From: Octopus vulgaris
Taxonomy: Eukaryota
Length of the DNA: 64,000 bases
Reading direction: 5' to 3'
NCBI GenBank assembly: GCA_951406725.2
Contig: OX597816.1
Span: forward strand, 105,648,001-105,712,000
In this document: positions 13,001 through 29,360 of the stretch, piece after piece
Layout: every line of letters begins with the position of its first letter
How positions within the stretch are numbered: the first letter of the stretch is position 1
Notes under the pieces: model-generated
What the model was told of the DNA's origin: nothing
What the model saw: only the letters and a program-made list of their open reading frames with translations
Databases searched by the model: none
Program-made: the position numbers and the translations under genes

Positions 13001-15361
13001 GTGTAAACAAATAGTCATCTTGAATCATTGGAAGTTTCCAATGATATACAAGCAAGCATCATACATATTATGAAAACACTGTATTCTTGAAAATACTACT
13101 GTAATATTATGATATATATGTCAATAGAAAATAGATCTTGCATTACAGAATTCCTCTTCTGAATGCACACTTTCATGATGTAAATGATTCATGTACACTG
13201 TCTCTAAGTTTCAAATAATTTATTAAAAAAATGTTTTTATTTTTATTCATCTAAAAATTTAAAAAATAGAATTGATTTCACAAAAGTTAAACCAGATAGG
13301 AACTATTTCTAATGTAGCCAACTGCAGTTACCTATCACTTACATTACAACTTCTTCAGGTCTAAGTAACTTTCTCAAAACAAGAAAACTTTTCACTGTCA
13401 ACATCAAATGAAATATTTTCAAAGGAATTGACAAATCTAAAAGCTCTGAATTTATGCAATATGTGAGAGAAATGAAAATGAAATGAAAAACAAATAGCAA
13501 AAAGGAAAATCAAGAAGCTAACGATGACGATAATGACGACAATGATAGTGGTACTGGTGATGCTTGTTGTTGTTGTTGTTGTTAGTAGTAGTAGCAACTT
13601 TTTTCAATTATTTTTCAAGAGAGAAAAAAAAGATGCCAACAGAATATAGAATTCATCATCATCATTACCATAAATCACTGCTATCACCACAGTTACCATT
13701 ATGAAACTCTCACTTGATACTTAATATATTAATATATTATGGCTGTTCTGATATTTTTTCCAGATTTGTCAGTTGTCAGAAATTTACATAATTATTATTT
13801 TTAAATTAAAGCTGTACATGAAATCCTAGTGCTTTCAGAGATGTTGTCTTGCTTGCTATGCAGGAAGAGAGTAGGTAGGAACTCAATAATGGAAATTAAT
13901 TGAGAATAATGAAGAGAGACACACACACATACATACACGCATACAAAATGCTGTGGCATTTTTAATAGACTGATAGAGAACTATGTCATTTGATGTGATA
14001 GATATACTAGAGTAATTAGTGCTGGTGGCATTTATGAAACAAAATTCATGGACTGTTTGTATGGCTCAGTGGATATATCGTTTATCTAGGTGAACTAATT
14101 AGTGCTGAAGGTAGATATAGTAATAGGTAAGAATGGAAGTTCTGAAAGCTGTTATACATGCAACTGTCTTAAAAACATAAGTCACAGCAGCTAGTGTAGT
14201 CCTAGATAAACTTGTCTATATAAAAAGACAAGATGGATATGTTCAGTAAGGACTGATCTAGGCCTAAACGATAATATACACAAAAGTATACTCAATAATA
14301 TATTCATAGGTGAAAATTCAATTGACCAATCACGTTTCATAAGGGTTATCTATAGAATATACCTATTGAATGTATCAAATGGCTTTATTCATTGAATAGA
14401 CACAGTGTAGGGATTAATGTTCCACATCAGAAGTATAAGGCACAGTATTGTCATTAAGAAGATAAGTCTATGAAGAAACCTCTATGCAGTCATTTGACTC
14501 AATTCACACCTTACCAACTTCAAAAAGAAAGAACATATTGAATAAATTAGTCCTGAAAATACCAAAAGATGGGTTGGGCAAAACTAAAATTTTTGCTCAA
14601 TTAGTGCAGATGTGTGACTAATTGACTCAGGTGGTCCATGATCAAAGCATTCTGACCATGACTATCACAACTTATTTCAGATAATATATGCAGGGCAACA
14701 TTATCTAATGTGTCCCTTTTTAAAGATAGTAAATTGATTTGAGAGAAATTTGTTAATTATTTGTAATAGATTGAGCCACCATCTCATGACACCTTCCTTA
14801 ATTTATAAGTTATATATCAGAAGTGGTTTGCAAAAGAGTTACAACATAATCATGAGGGGTCCCAGTTTGATCCCACTGCATGGTGTCCTTGTCAAGTGTC
14901 ACTTACCTGAGTCATGAATTGATTCAAGTCTTGTGAGTGAATAAGGTAGACAGAACTGTGGAAGTTCCTTGGGTGGATTGTATGTGTAATTCAAAGATCC
15001 AACCCTATCACACACTGTGTCATGCTGATCCTGCTTGAGGATTACATCAAGGACAAATTGCCAATTCAACGAGAGGGCAGTTTAGTAAAATAACTAGAAT
15101 ACTGAACAACTAAGCAACTATTAAGCAAGACTTACTATTGCATAACAGTAAATATCATTTCCTTCTGTAATTATCATGGTATTTTAAATAGACATCAGAC
15201 CACAAATTTTGATGGGAAGGGTATTTTCAATGTAAATTAGCCTAGAATATGTCTGGTGCTTTATTTTATCACCCACAAAGTGATAAAAGGCAAAATCAAC
15301 TTAGTGGTGATTTGAAACACCACAGGGTGGTTCAGTGATTTAGTGATGATTTGAATCACCA

Positions 15362-15783
15362 CAGGGTAATTCAAAAGTTTCTTTTGTATTCAAATGGTAC
15401 TAATAATTTTTTTTTTTTTTTTACAATTTTGCTTTGAATAACTTTTGTTTTACACATACACATACATTATTTTATATATTTTAGAAAAAATTTATCATCA
15501 AAAAATAAGAAAATATTTTTTATTGCCCTAAAAATAATGCAATAAAACAGAAACATTGTTCAATAGTTCTAAGTACATCTAGTCTAACTATCTAGAGTGG
15601 TCCAGGGGGCTGGAAGCATGAACAGTAGGGCAGTAGACCAGCTGTCCTGATATCCCTGAGCTGTAACAGGGTTAGAGGGGAGGAAAGATGAGTCACACAT
15701 TAAGAAACTCAACTGAGCTGCACTTGGCTTGTTTTTTGTTTTTTTTGCTTGCTTATATTAATGCTGACTTTTGAATCACTCAG
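15362..15783. mobile_element. Possible old Tc1/mariner-type MITE
   Basis: Imperfect terminal inverted repeats cagggtaattcaaaagt ... acttttgaatcactcag. Confidence 0.4.
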
Positions 15784-16745
15784 CATAAACTTGAATAGAT
15801 GAATCTTTAAGAATTTTTGTTTCCATACTACTGTTCTGTAACTGAAGTTACAACAGCCAGTAAATTGTCCCTGATACTATTGAACAAGATATTGTTTCTA
15901 AAAGCAGAAACAATATTCCTTCATTGCTACTCGAATTCTATATTCTTCATAATTAGTGTTATTCAGTGTCTCTGAATTAACTGGAATAAATAATGTATTA
16001 ATGTTATAGAAATATCAATATAGACTTGTTCATTTGTTTGATAATTGTTAAAAATTTCAAAGAGAAATTGAAAAAATGAGGGAAGCAAAAAAATCAATCT
16101 TTTCTATAATAAAAATAATAATAAAAATTATTATTTCTATCATTTTATCTATTAAATCTCAACATAAGATTTATATAACATTTTGTTAAAGGAATTCTTA
16201 TGTCATTGTAATTATCCAATAATTAATAAATGAATTAAAATTTTTGCAATTACATTTTACCAAGTTCTATAACTTGTGCTATAAAATAAAATTTTTTGAA
16301 AATAATTTCTTATAGATTACTAAAAAAAATAATAAATAAATATATCAATTTTACATTATTTGTTTTCTATTTTAATTTGAACAATCTGACAAAAATTATC
16401 AAATTTTCTAGATCACTTGTGCATTTAAAATAGTACTGCAACAACAATTTTAAAAATGCTATTCGTTGTTTGAGTTCTCTCCTTTTCGCTCTCTCTCTCT
16501 CTTACACACATACACACACACACATATACACACATAGAGGGAGATAGTAAGAGGAAACACAGAGAGAAAGAAAATTTGATATTTCTTTATGTTAGATTGA
16601 TAAAACATTATCTATATATGAATTTTGCCAAACATACAATAAGACAAAACAAGTATCATAACGAGTAGATCTAGTAATATGTATTTACTTTTTATATAAT
16701 TTATTTCTCTCTCTATATATATCTATCTATCTATCTATCTATCTA

Positions 16746-16781
<36 letters not shown>

Positions 16782-17769
16782 TGTAGCTGTTTCCTGTTTG
16801 CACAACCAAACTTATACATATACACATATAAACAGACACACGCATGCACACACACATACACACACACACACACACACAGGCATACAATGTGTCTTTAAGT
16901 GAGTTATGTCACATCATTAGCAAATACATTTTTTTGTATATTTATTTTGTTAATGTCGCAAAGACATTCTTTGCAAAATGGTTGCTACTCATTCCAAATA
17001 TAATTGTAATATTGTTGTTTAATTATTTATCTTTTTATCTTCCTTTTTGTCAATGATGTAGTTGTTTGTTTATTTACATACAAAATAATATACAAAAACA
17101 CTTAAGAAATGACAGGCTAATGGAGGGAGGTTGTAAAATGAAGGAAACATTGGAATAAATGAGCAAAACCAAGAAAGAATGAAGAAAGGGAAGAGAAAAG
17201 GAAGAAAGTAAGGAATATTGGAAGGTGATTGAGAAAAAATGACAAATATGATTGAGTCAACAACAAAAACAATAACATAAGATAAATAATAGCCAATGGC
17301 AAAAAGAAAAGAAAAGGTTAAAGTGAGGATGAGTAAATATAGAGTCAATGAGACATTAACAAAATGGTTCAGAAACAAAATAAGAAAAAAACAATATGAC
17401 ACAACAAACAAATGTGAAGAATATGTATGTGTTCTGGGAGGGGTGATGATAAAAAAAAAGATTACAGAGAAGAAAAACAATGAGAGGAGAGGAAGGATGT
17501 GGTGGGGAAGGTGAGCAAACATACAAAAATTAGAGCATTATACTCTGAGACATTATCAATACAACTCTGAGTGGAAATGGTTTTTGCATAAGCCTTAGAG
17601 GAAAACAGAATATAAAATAGTAGGCAGTGATTTTGTTATATATATATATATATATGTGTGTGTGTATATATGTATGTATATATATATGTGTATATATTGC
17701 TCTCTCTCTGTTATACCTATGCCATAAGTATCCCTTCGTCTTATAACTTTTATATTATATATATATATA

Positions 17770-17989
17770 TCATCTTTTACTTGTTTCAGTCATTTGATGG
17801 AGCCATGCTGGAGCACTGCCCTAAAGGGTTTTACTTGAAGAAATCGACCCTAGGGCTTTGTAAACCTAGTACATATTCTATTGGTCTATTTTGCCAAACC
17901 ACTATGTTATAGGGATGTAAATACATTCACATCGGTTGTCAAACGATGGTGGAGGAACAAACACAGACACAAAGACACACACAAATATA

Positions 17990-18035
<46 letters not shown>

Positions 18036-18340
18036 GACAGAATTCTTTCAGTTTCTGTCTACCAAATCCACTCACAAGGCTTTTGTTGGCCTGAGGCTAT
18101 ATAGAAGACACTTGTCTAAGGTGTCACACAGTGGGACTGAACATGGAACCATGTGGTTGGGAAGCAAGCTTCTTACCACACAGCTACACCTATATATATA
18201 ATATATATGACAGGCTTCTTTCAGTTTCTGTCTATCAAATCCATTCACAAGGCTTTGGTCAGCTCGAAGCTATAGTAGAAATCACTTGCCCAAGATTCCA
18301 CACAGTGGTTGGGAAGCAAACTTCTTACAACACAACCACA
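17770..18340 (-). mobile_element. SINE family A, near-complete copy plus an adjacent second partial head
   Basis: Reverse complement of the 24966-26640 family (cttgtttcagtc...ttctttcagtttc.gtctaccaaatccactcacaaggcttt...accatgtggttgggaagcaa). Confidence 0.75.
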
Positions 18341-18494
18341 TTAATATATATTGTGCATGTATGTATATATAAATATATACATACATACACACACACACAT
18401 CATACCAGAAGTATTATTTTTTATTATACATTTATACAGTGAGCATATTAACATAAATTCATATAATATAGTATATATCTATGCACATACGCAT

Positions 18495-18530
<36 letters not shown>

Positions 18531-18990
18531 CAATAATAATTAGCATTTTCACTGATTATCATGACTGATTTGGTTTGATCACGGTGAAGTTGTTGAATTT
18601 GTTACAACATTGTTTCATGAATAACACCAGCCAACATTACAGATGTTTCTATTTTAGCTTCATGCTTTTCATTTGTGTAATATATTCTGTCTATCAATGA
18701 TTGCCTATAAACTGTATTTTTACATAGTTTTATTTCTTAAGAAATTCCTTATGTAACTATACTATTTAATTTGATAACAATGATTTAATGTAATAACAAT
18801 TGCTACATAATATCTGAATATGAGCTTTTTATAAGTTTGTTCCAATATATTCTGAATCAATTTACAAACCAGCTGCCTCTGGTTCAGGACTCAATTTTGC
18901 TTTAAATCTGAAGTAAAATTTACTGCACTCCTTTGTTAAAAAGATATCTGCTTGTAGTTGTTTCTGATAAACATTGCAAAATTAAAAAGA

Positions 18991-18997
18991 AGTAGTG

Positions 18998-19031
<34 letters not shown>

Positions 19032-19062
19032 CAGCAGCAGCAGCAGCAGCAGTAGTAGTCGC

Positions 19063-19113
<51 letters not shown>
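18991..19113. repeat. (AGT)n/(AGC)n trinucleotide microsatellite
   Basis: Directly visible; explains the poly-S and poly-L ORFs. Confidence 0.95.
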
Positions 19114-19114
<1 letters not shown>

Positions 19115-20997
19115 AATTCAATGGAAAAATAAGTTTGAGATTCTATTTAAATAGGGAACAATATGAAAATATTTGTCTTCAGAAATTTTTCTCACTTTCT
19201 CTTGATTGATTACTTCTCACTAAATGGCTGTTAATTAAATATTTTCAAGCTAAATTCAAAATTCAAAATTCAAAATTAAATAAATAAAAATATACCTAAA
19301 TTCCAAAGGAAACAAAAATGTTATCTTTATACATGAGTAACGATAATATGATTTTTCATAATAAAAAGAATACCCCAGTAATGAATCAGTGAGTAGTTTG
19401 ATTATGCAACTTGACAAAGGAAACATTTATTTTACATTATATGTGTTGCAACAACTAAACTGAAGAAAACATGAAGAATTAGTTAAGAAACAAAACTAAA
19501 CTTGCAGCTACAATCAGCTGGTGGTAGCAAATATTGGTGAATGAAAACATGCTGAAATAAATAAAAGTTTTACCAGATGCCTTCTGGCACTAATATGTTA
19601 TTTGTGTTTAATCATTATCTGTGCTGCTTTGCTTGTAGTGGAATACTCTAAAAAAAGTTAAGAACTAGCTTGTTAATTTATATCATTAATGAATTGGTGA
19701 GCAAATGTAATTAATTATCAACAATGTAACCAAGTAACAATGATGTTAAGTTTTGCCAATATAACATGAAGACATGGCTATAAAATCTACAACAATCCAC
19801 AACATTTCTTTATGGTTAAGACAAGTTACCTATAGAATGAAAATGTGAAATGAGAGAGGGGAAAGGGAAAATACTGGAGATGAGGTATTGTTAATCTGAG
19901 AGGATGTTATCCATTGAGGATTGCAGTTCATTCTTTACCATTTACGTAGGCTGGATTAAAATGAAATCAATGTGCCATTCTATTCATTCTGATCAATAGG
20001 TGTCTAATTGAGAGTTCTTATCTTATTTCTTACACATAACACACATTCCTGAATTTATGATCTGTGTGTCAGCTATTTCTACAGATCCACTCCCCCAACA
20101 ATCAATCTATCAGCATTTTATATAGTTCATGCAGCTGCAATAAAGTAAGTCAGTTGTTTGACTTCTCATTAACAGAATTGGCATTGTGTCTTACTGCTGT
20201 ATTATTTTCAGGGAGATAACAATAAACACTGTAACTCCCATGCCTTACTCTAAGACATTAATAATATAACTAAAGAACTTTGAAATAACTGAAACAGTGG
20301 TTGTGGAGATGACTTGTCAAGAGTTTACTTTATTCTTTGGTGTGTGCACATACTACCAACAATTACAATGGCTGTTGTAAGAATATAGTTTAATGTAGAA
20401 TCCTAGGAAAGATGCATTCACATAAAAAGCTATATTGTGAACAGCTACTATGGTGAGCACTCCTGAGAAGTAGATGAGCTGCCAGTGAACAAAATTTGTG
20501 ACTTGGTTTCAAAATTGGGTATAGGTTTTTCATTTCATTTATGTCACTACTACCTCCAGAACCACATGAGAGTCACAACTTTTTACAGTAAATAGAACTA
20601 ACCAATTGTTAAGGACAATTGATATTATAAAATACCAAAAAGAACACATAAAATGCTGCAGTCTTCAAGTAGCACTCTAGAAACTGAATTAATTGAGGAT
20701 TAGTTCCAGAAAATCATCATTTAAGTGACTTCAGCACTGTCTATTTACATGTAGGTACTTTATATCAATGAAAAGAGTTCTGCATTGATTTGATAAGCTT
20801 AGACACTATGGGCAAAAAAGGTATCTTATATTATGGGACAAACCCTTTGTCTGAGAAAAAATGAAATTAATTTTCAGATAAAGAGTTTGTCTCGAAAACA
20901 CCAGATTATTCTTGTTCTGATACCATACAAACATATTCAAACTCATGAAATTCATTGTACAATTTTTATTGATATAAATCCCTATTAGTTTCAGCAA

Positions 20998-22850
<1,853 letters not shown>

Positions 22851-23244
22851 TATGACAATTATGCTTTTATTTTTCAGTGACATGTACACTGGTTTCAAGC
22901 AGTAATTGGAACCTTAATCACAAAGTTGACAGGTGTAATTGATGAAGTTATGAGATTTAGTTATCATTAAGAATAAACTACACAAACCACTTTGAGAATT
23001 ACAGGAGTTTGTGAAATGACAAAAAGCTGTTTCTCTCTTTTCCGAACTATAACTGTGATCATTGTTGAATTAAGAAACAGAAAAGTAAATTTTAAAAAAC
23101 TAAAAATAAAAAAAACAAGGAAATAATCTTTACATCTGTTACAAAGTCACTGTGAAGCATATCATAAACAAAGAATGGAAGAAGATTTTGAGTTTTCAAA
23201 ATGAATATTTTCTTCTCTAAACTCAGCTTCAAACTCCAACATAG

Positions 23245-23569
23245 CTGTAAGAAAGAAGTTTGCTTTCCAACCACATGGTTCCAGGTTCAGTCCCACTTTG
23301 TGATAGCTTGGACAACTGTCTTTTAATACAGCCTGGGCTGATCAAAGCCTTGTGAATGGATTTGGTATACAGAAACTGAAAGAAGACTCCCACATACTAG
23401 CCATTACACATTTTTTATTTTCTCTCCTTGTTTCTTTCTGTGTTCCTTTCTGTGGAAGAGCGTAGGCTCGAAACGTTAAAGACTTTTTCACTTCCTGAGC
23501 ATTAAACTAATACATCTGTTTGTTATCTACACCACCTGTCTTCGTCTTTTATTGTTTTGTGAATTCTCT

Positions 23570-23616
<47 letters not shown>

Positions 23617-23930
23617 AAGCAATGATGAGGAATAAATAAATATTAGATTTGTTAAAATATGGCACAAACATATTTTAACTGACCTAAAGTTCATAGGTAT
23701 ATAGAATGTGTGTGTGTGTGTGTGTCCCTGCGTCCACCACTGCTTGACAACCAGTGTTGGTTTGTTTACATTCCCCATAACTTAACAGTTCAGCAAAAGA
23801 GGTCAGAAGAATAAGAAACAAACTTTAAAAAAACAAGCACTGGGGTTGATTTATTCTACTAAAACTCATTAAGGCAGTGTCCCAGCATGGCAACAGTCCA
23901 CTGACTGAAACAGGTAAAAGATAAAAGATA
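23245..23930 (+). mobile_element. SINE family A copy interrupted by a short insert at its internal TA tract
   Basis: Head aagaagtttgctttccaaccacatggttccaggttcagtccc; tail ccagcatggcaacagtccactgactgaaacaggtaaaagataaaag. Confidence 0.75.
23392..23572 (+). mobile_element. Short non-coding PLE-like element with a hammerhead-like motif (23446-23481)
   Basis: Homologous to 38376-38558 (minus strand); cttt CTGTGGA A GAGC-GTAG-GCTC GAAA CG TT aaag; ends in (TA)n. Confidence 0.65.
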
Positions 23931-25122
23931 ACAAAAGATACATCCAAAGATTTCAAACTGCAAGTCTTCTCATTCAGTAGATTAGATTTACTCATAAATC
24001 AGGTGAGAGTAAGGAAATTATTCAATTATTTAATTGTCAAGGAAAAGTGATCAAACAGAAGTTAATTGTTGTTCGAAATTTAATGAGACTGACTTTAATT
24101 GTTCATACTTGACCTCTAATAATTGGGAGGAAATAGTTGCACTGAAGTTTTCAGTCAGGCTGAAAATCTATCTTTCATGATAGCTAAGTCAGTAAGGCAA
24201 ATAGCTAAGAGGCTAGACATTTTGTATCTCACCATCACCACTGCATTGTGTCCATCACCTAGACAATTTTAAAACAATTGAGTTTAATGAGCTTAGTTCT
24301 GTAGAGAACAGCAACACTGCTATATGCAAAAATGTTGAAAACTTGAGTTAGGGCTAATTGAGAAAACTTTTGACCAAAGACATTCCAGCTATGATCATCT
24401 TATCTTTTTGTCAGATATAGTGTATATAGGCTAATAGATCTGGAAATCTTCATAATCTAATGAGTTCTTCATTTTCTTTAGACATTACAATGTAATTTGA
24501 GGAACATTTACTTACTATTTCTAACAGACTGAGTGACCATATAGAGCTTTCTATCTTTGTTCTGCGAATGGTTAGTTAGTTTGTAATACTGAATTCAACT
24601 CCATCACTGAGTATAGCATGGATAGGGCTATTCTCTTCCAAGCTGAACTCTGCCAAGCCATGTATGTGCTTATATATATATAAACATGATGAGGAAATCT
24701 TCAAAAGTACACCAATAAAATTAATCAATGGGTTTTGGGAGAACAGAAATATAAAAAAACCCCAAAAAAACTCATAAGTGATAAAGCAAAGTGCTTCAGA
24801 CAAGATGCCCACTAAGTCTGCTATAGACAAATTGAATAAGCAACAGAAGTACATCAATATTACAACCATGGAAAACAACCTAACAAAGTGGCACAAATTC
24901 ATGAGATTGGCCAAAACCAATACTATGGATTTAGTTAATCAAAATAGAAAAGAACTATGAAACATAGGCGCAGGAGTGGCTGTGTGGTAAGTAGCTTGCT
25001 TACCATGGTTCTGGGTTCAGTCCCACTGCATGGCATCTTGGGCAGGTGTCTTCTACTATAGCCTCGGGCCGACCAAAGCCTTGTGAGTGGATTTGGTAGA
25101 CGGAAACTGAAAGAAGCCCGTC

Positions 25123-25163
<41 letters not shown>

Positions 25164-25166
<3 letters not shown>

Positions 25167-25862
25167 AAATAGTAAAGTGTGAAAAAACGACAGAAGGCTT
25201 AAATGTTAAAAAATATATATATTTGTGTCAAAATGTCTGGAGAATATTGGAAAAATTTTTTTTCCCTTTCCTTAAAATGACATAATTTTAAAATTTTTAA
25301 AGAAATTACCGGTTTCGCATGTAGCTTTTCAAATTTCTTGTGACGTTATGTTTATATTGCATGGAATTATCGTTGTTTTTATTTCCAGGAGATTTCTAAA
25401 TAAGGGGAAGTAGTGAGTGATTTTTTCTGATGTAGGGGAGATAATCGCTTAAAAATTTTTTTTACCTTTTCCTTGTTAATTTCTCTGTGTCAGTATGTTC
25501 GGATGGTTGAGTCTGGGTTTGTACTTTTCAATGAAGAATGTTTCCTTGTTCAGTCTCATTTGTGTTGATGATCCGAAAGCACATTGGTAAAATGGGAAGA
25601 TTAAAAATTGTGGCAGTAGTTGCTTTGCGCATTTCTCAATGTGCTCACTAAAAGGTATCATTCTATATTCTGGGAATGCAATCTGTTGTCGATGCAGTGT
25701 GCATCTGCGCCTGAGTGATAGTCCCGTGGAACCCACGTAGTCTTGGTGGCAGCCCGAGCATTTAATAACATAAATTATGTTTTCAGAGGCACAAGTAAAG
25801 TTAGATTTGATCTTAAATTTCTGTCCCTCTTTAAAGAAGAATTCTGATCCTTCCAATAGGTT
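25164..25862 (-). mobile_element. 5'-truncated Penelope-like element (Neptune-type GIY-YIG endonuclease plus 3' UTR), left arm
   Basis: ORF 25476-25856: FKIKSNFTCASENIIYVIKCSGCHQDYVGSTGLSLRRRCTLH...SEHIEKC...RLNKETFFIEKYKPRLN, i.e. IIY..YVG with intervening CxxC, catalytic R and E, terminal LN. Confidence 0.9.
25300..25339 (-). ncRNA. Minimal type I hammerhead-like motif, U3-A8 core variant
   Basis: aagaaat TTGAAAA GC-TACAT-GC GAAA C-CG-G TA atttctt: perfect 7-bp stem I, palindromic ACCGGT stem III, GUA triplet. Confidence 0.65.
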
Positions 25863-26360
25863 AGAAATTTAAGATCAAATCTAACTTTACTTGTGCCTCT
25901 GAAAACATAATTTATGTTATTAAATGCTCGGGCTGCCACCAAGACTACGTGGGTTCCACGGGACTATCACTCAGGCGCAGATGCACACTGCATCGACAAC
26001 AGATTGCATTCCCAGAATATAGAATGATACCTTTTAGTGAGCACATTGAGAAATGCACAAAGCAACTACTGCCACAATTTTTAATCTTCCCATTTTACCA
26101 ATGTGCTTTCGGATCATCAACACAAATGAGACTGAACAAGGAAACATTCTTCATTGAAAAGTACAAACCCAGACTCAACCATCCGAACATACTGACACAG
26201 AGAAATTAACAAGGAAAAAGGAAAAAAATTTTTCCAATATTCTCCAGACATTTTGACACAAATATATATATTTTTTAACATTTAAGCCTTCTGTCGTTTT
26301 TTCACACTTTACTATTTTCTTATATATTCACCCACGTGCTTTACCAAACAAACTTTCTTA

Positions 26361-26362
<2 letters not shown>
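25863..26362 (+). mobile_element. Inverted second copy of the same PLE 3' end, right arm, with an internal deletion of about 200 bp
   Basis: 25863-26218 is the reverse complement of 25467-25822 with one visible substitution (CAK vs CTK); 26221-26320 mirrors 25164-25266. Confidence 0.9.
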
Positions 26363-26427
<65 letters not shown>

Positions 26428-29130
26428 ATGTTTGTGTGTCTGTGTTTGTCCCCCTAGCATTGCTTGACAACCGATGCTGGTGTGTTTACGTCCCCGTCAC
26501 TTAGCGGTTCGGCAAAAGAGACCGATAGAATAAGTACTGGGCTTACAAAGAATAAGTCCCGGTGTCAAGTTGCTCAACTAAAGGCGGTGCTCCAGCATGG
26601 CCACAGTCAACTGACTGAAACAAGTAAAAGAGTAAAGAGAGAAAAGAACTATGAAACATGTGGAATCTAAGATGTCAAGTAAGCATTCCGTTAAAAGTTT
26701 CTTAAAAATTTCTGAAAACTAAAAACTAAAAGTTGCCCTATTTTATAAACTTATTAGTCCTCTGGACACATGAAAATATCATTAAATGTAAGTGATGTAT
26801 TTAGAATCAAACACAAACTACTGAACATTAGAATAGTAAATTACCTGGAGACAATTTTGTTATGATTAACATGCAGCATGTCCCTATTGTCAGTAAAGAA
26901 AAACAATATAGGCTATGCAATCTACTGATATAGGCATATACCAAACCTATAAACTTTGTTTCAACTTTGAATGCATGTAATGGCTTCCAGTAGTATGTTG
27001 TTAATATAATAATAATATGAATGATATGAAAATAATACCATCCATTCATATTAAATTTACCAGCCAGAGAAAGAAGATAAAAGAAAAATTATATCATCAT
27101 ATTAAAGATATACTATAACCTGAAGATATTCTCTAATTTATCTGAAATTTATCTGCAATTTATTATGAAACACAAAGAAAGAGTACCCCACTGTTCTTGT
27201 TTTGGGAAAAAGAATAGACAGACAATTGCTAATGTAGGAGGGGGAAGAAGAATTATAACATGACTTTCTGAAAAGAATAAATATTTACTATAAGCAAATA
27301 AGAAGAAAAAAATATGCTTTATTTTGTATGTAAATAAAAAATATATCAGTAAACAAATGTGTATAAATACACACACACACACACACACACACAAATACAC
27401 AAATGAATATTCTTTTAAAGTATATTTCCAGTAGCACTATGGCAAACCAAAAGATAATATTACTTAATATATCATATAAAGATTCATTGAATAACAGGTA
27501 ATTTACACAGGAACAATAGCTATTGTTTTGTATAAGGAATAACAGAATGTTGCAACTCCTTTGTTTTTCTTTTCTGTTCATTTTTTTTTTTTGTTTTTAC
27601 TTTAACTTGAACTTACTGTAAAAAAAAAAAAGCCTTTCTCCTACTCCATTCAATAATCAATATGAGACAATTCTTGCTTATCTTCCCTAATGCCATAGCA
27701 AACTTCATTTTGGTTCAATGAGAAGAGAAACTAATAAGAAATGTCAGTCCAACTGTGACAAAACACAGCCTGCGAGAAATTTTCTTGCCAAATTTCTTTC
27801 TCGCTAGTGCCAAATTGACAAATAACAATGTAGTTAGGTTTCTTTTTTTCTATATTTTAGCAAAAGACAATTTCATAACATGCACATGAGCACACACATA
27901 TAATCCATGCATACATAAAGATACGTTCATATGCCACTTATTATAATCTCAGATAATGCTGTTAAATGGTTATTGCTATAAAAAAAATAGTGGTCTCAAA
28001 CTCTATACTTAAAATGAATTAAAAAGTATCTGTTTATTGGAATCAAAGCTGTGCATGTTATCAAAATGTTTAAGCTGCTACAGAACCACTATCTTGCCTA
28101 AAATCACTACAGAGATCAAAGCGAAAGAATGCTTGCTATGGATGCATGGCAGATGTATGATTATAGTCATAGATGGTAGTTAAGGTAGTGAAAATGGTGA
28201 CAGAATTGTATGTTGGTGCTGGGAAGAGATACAGGTGTGTTAAGTTGGTTGGTGTGGCTGAAAGTTACTGGTGTGTTAAGTTGGCAGGTGTTGATGAATC
28301 AAAGCTCTGGATATTAGTAACTAAATTTATAAGTAAATCGTATTCACTTATCACCTATTTTAAGATGTCATGCACGGGTGTGGCTAGGCAAAGGTATGCT
28401 ATGTAGTAAGAAGTTTGCTTCCCAACCTAATGGTTCAACATTCAGTCTCACTGTGATGCACTTTGAGCAAGTGTCTTCTATTATAGCCATAGGCCAACCA
28501 AAGCCTTATGACTGATACAAATAAAAGATATTTAATTTCATCAATAATCTCTGTGGAAGATTGAGGTAAGTGCCAGGAAGAATGTGTCATGGTTTTATTT
28601 CTCCCATTGGATATGTGAGAGAGCCCAAGCAACAAAATAGTGATTTACATTTATCATCATGATGACTAAATATAAACAGTTATCTCACCAAAAAAAGTAA
28701 TTAATAAATAAATAAACAAAAATATTGTTGGTTCTATGGTAAGTTACCAAAAAGTGCTACTGTTCATTTAGAATTTTCACAAACACTGCTGTGGAACATT
28801 TTAAAATAGGGGGTACCTGATACTGGAAAATCAGTACTTATTAATGAGAATATGGATTGTAAGAGAGTACGATCTGGTAAAAATAGCCAACTTGAGTCAA
28901 CATGGAATACTGATGCATCAAAAATCAAATAACTTTGCAAAAGAAACAGGTCAAGAAAATTTCGCAAAAACTGATGGATGATCTAAGAGATAGAAAAGGC
29001 AAGAGAGTATTCTGGTGAAAGGTGTTAAAGGTGAAGAAAACAATGCCATTTTTGTTGATTTTTCTTTTTTCATCCCACTTTGTAAAGCAATTGGCATCAG
29101 GAAGGGTATCCAACCATAGAGACTATACAT

Positions 29131-29360
29131 ATTTCTTTACTACCCACAAGGGGCTAAACACAGAGAGGACAAACAAGGACAGATGAATGGATTAAGTCAA
29201 TTACATTGACCCCAGTGTGTAACTAGTGCTTAATTTATCGACTCCGAAAAGATGAAAGGTAAAGTCGACCTCGGAGGAATTTGAACTAAAAATGTAACGG
29301 CAGACGAAACACTGCAAAGCATTTCGCCCGGCATGCTAACGTTTCTGCCAGCTTGCTGCC
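29131..29360 (-). mobile_element. SINE family B, near full-length
   Basis: cccacaaggggctaaacacagagaggacaaacaaggacaga...gtcgacctcggaggaatttgaact...gcatttcgcccggcatgctaacgtttctgccagct; closely matches 41778-42010. Confidence 0.8.

Larger units (their letters stand above)
24966..26640 (+). mobile_element. Young tRNA-related SINE family A, split by a PLE insertion in its internal microsatellite
   Basis: Box-A-like tggctgtgtggtaag and box-B-like gggttcagtccc head (24966-25123); body and tail resume after (TA)(TG)n at about 26421 and end gtaaaagagtaaagag; CpGs retained. Confidence 0.85.

Noticed and set aside
13370-13465. Plus-strand LRR-like peptide ELTNLKALNLCN
   Set aside because: In-frame stop immediately upstream and no further LRR exons; likely chance.
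17070-17522. 150-aa hydrophobic ORF
   Set aside because: Arises from A-rich low-complexity sequence; no domain motifs.
20085-20270. Plus-strand exon-like segments (20085-20144, 20212 onward; also 9063-9172 and 44342-44465)
   Set aside because: Plausible splice sites but no recognisable protein and no consistent chain.
24966-25040. tRNA gene
   Set aside because: Box A/B-like motifs belong to a multi-copy SINE head; no convincing cloverleaf.
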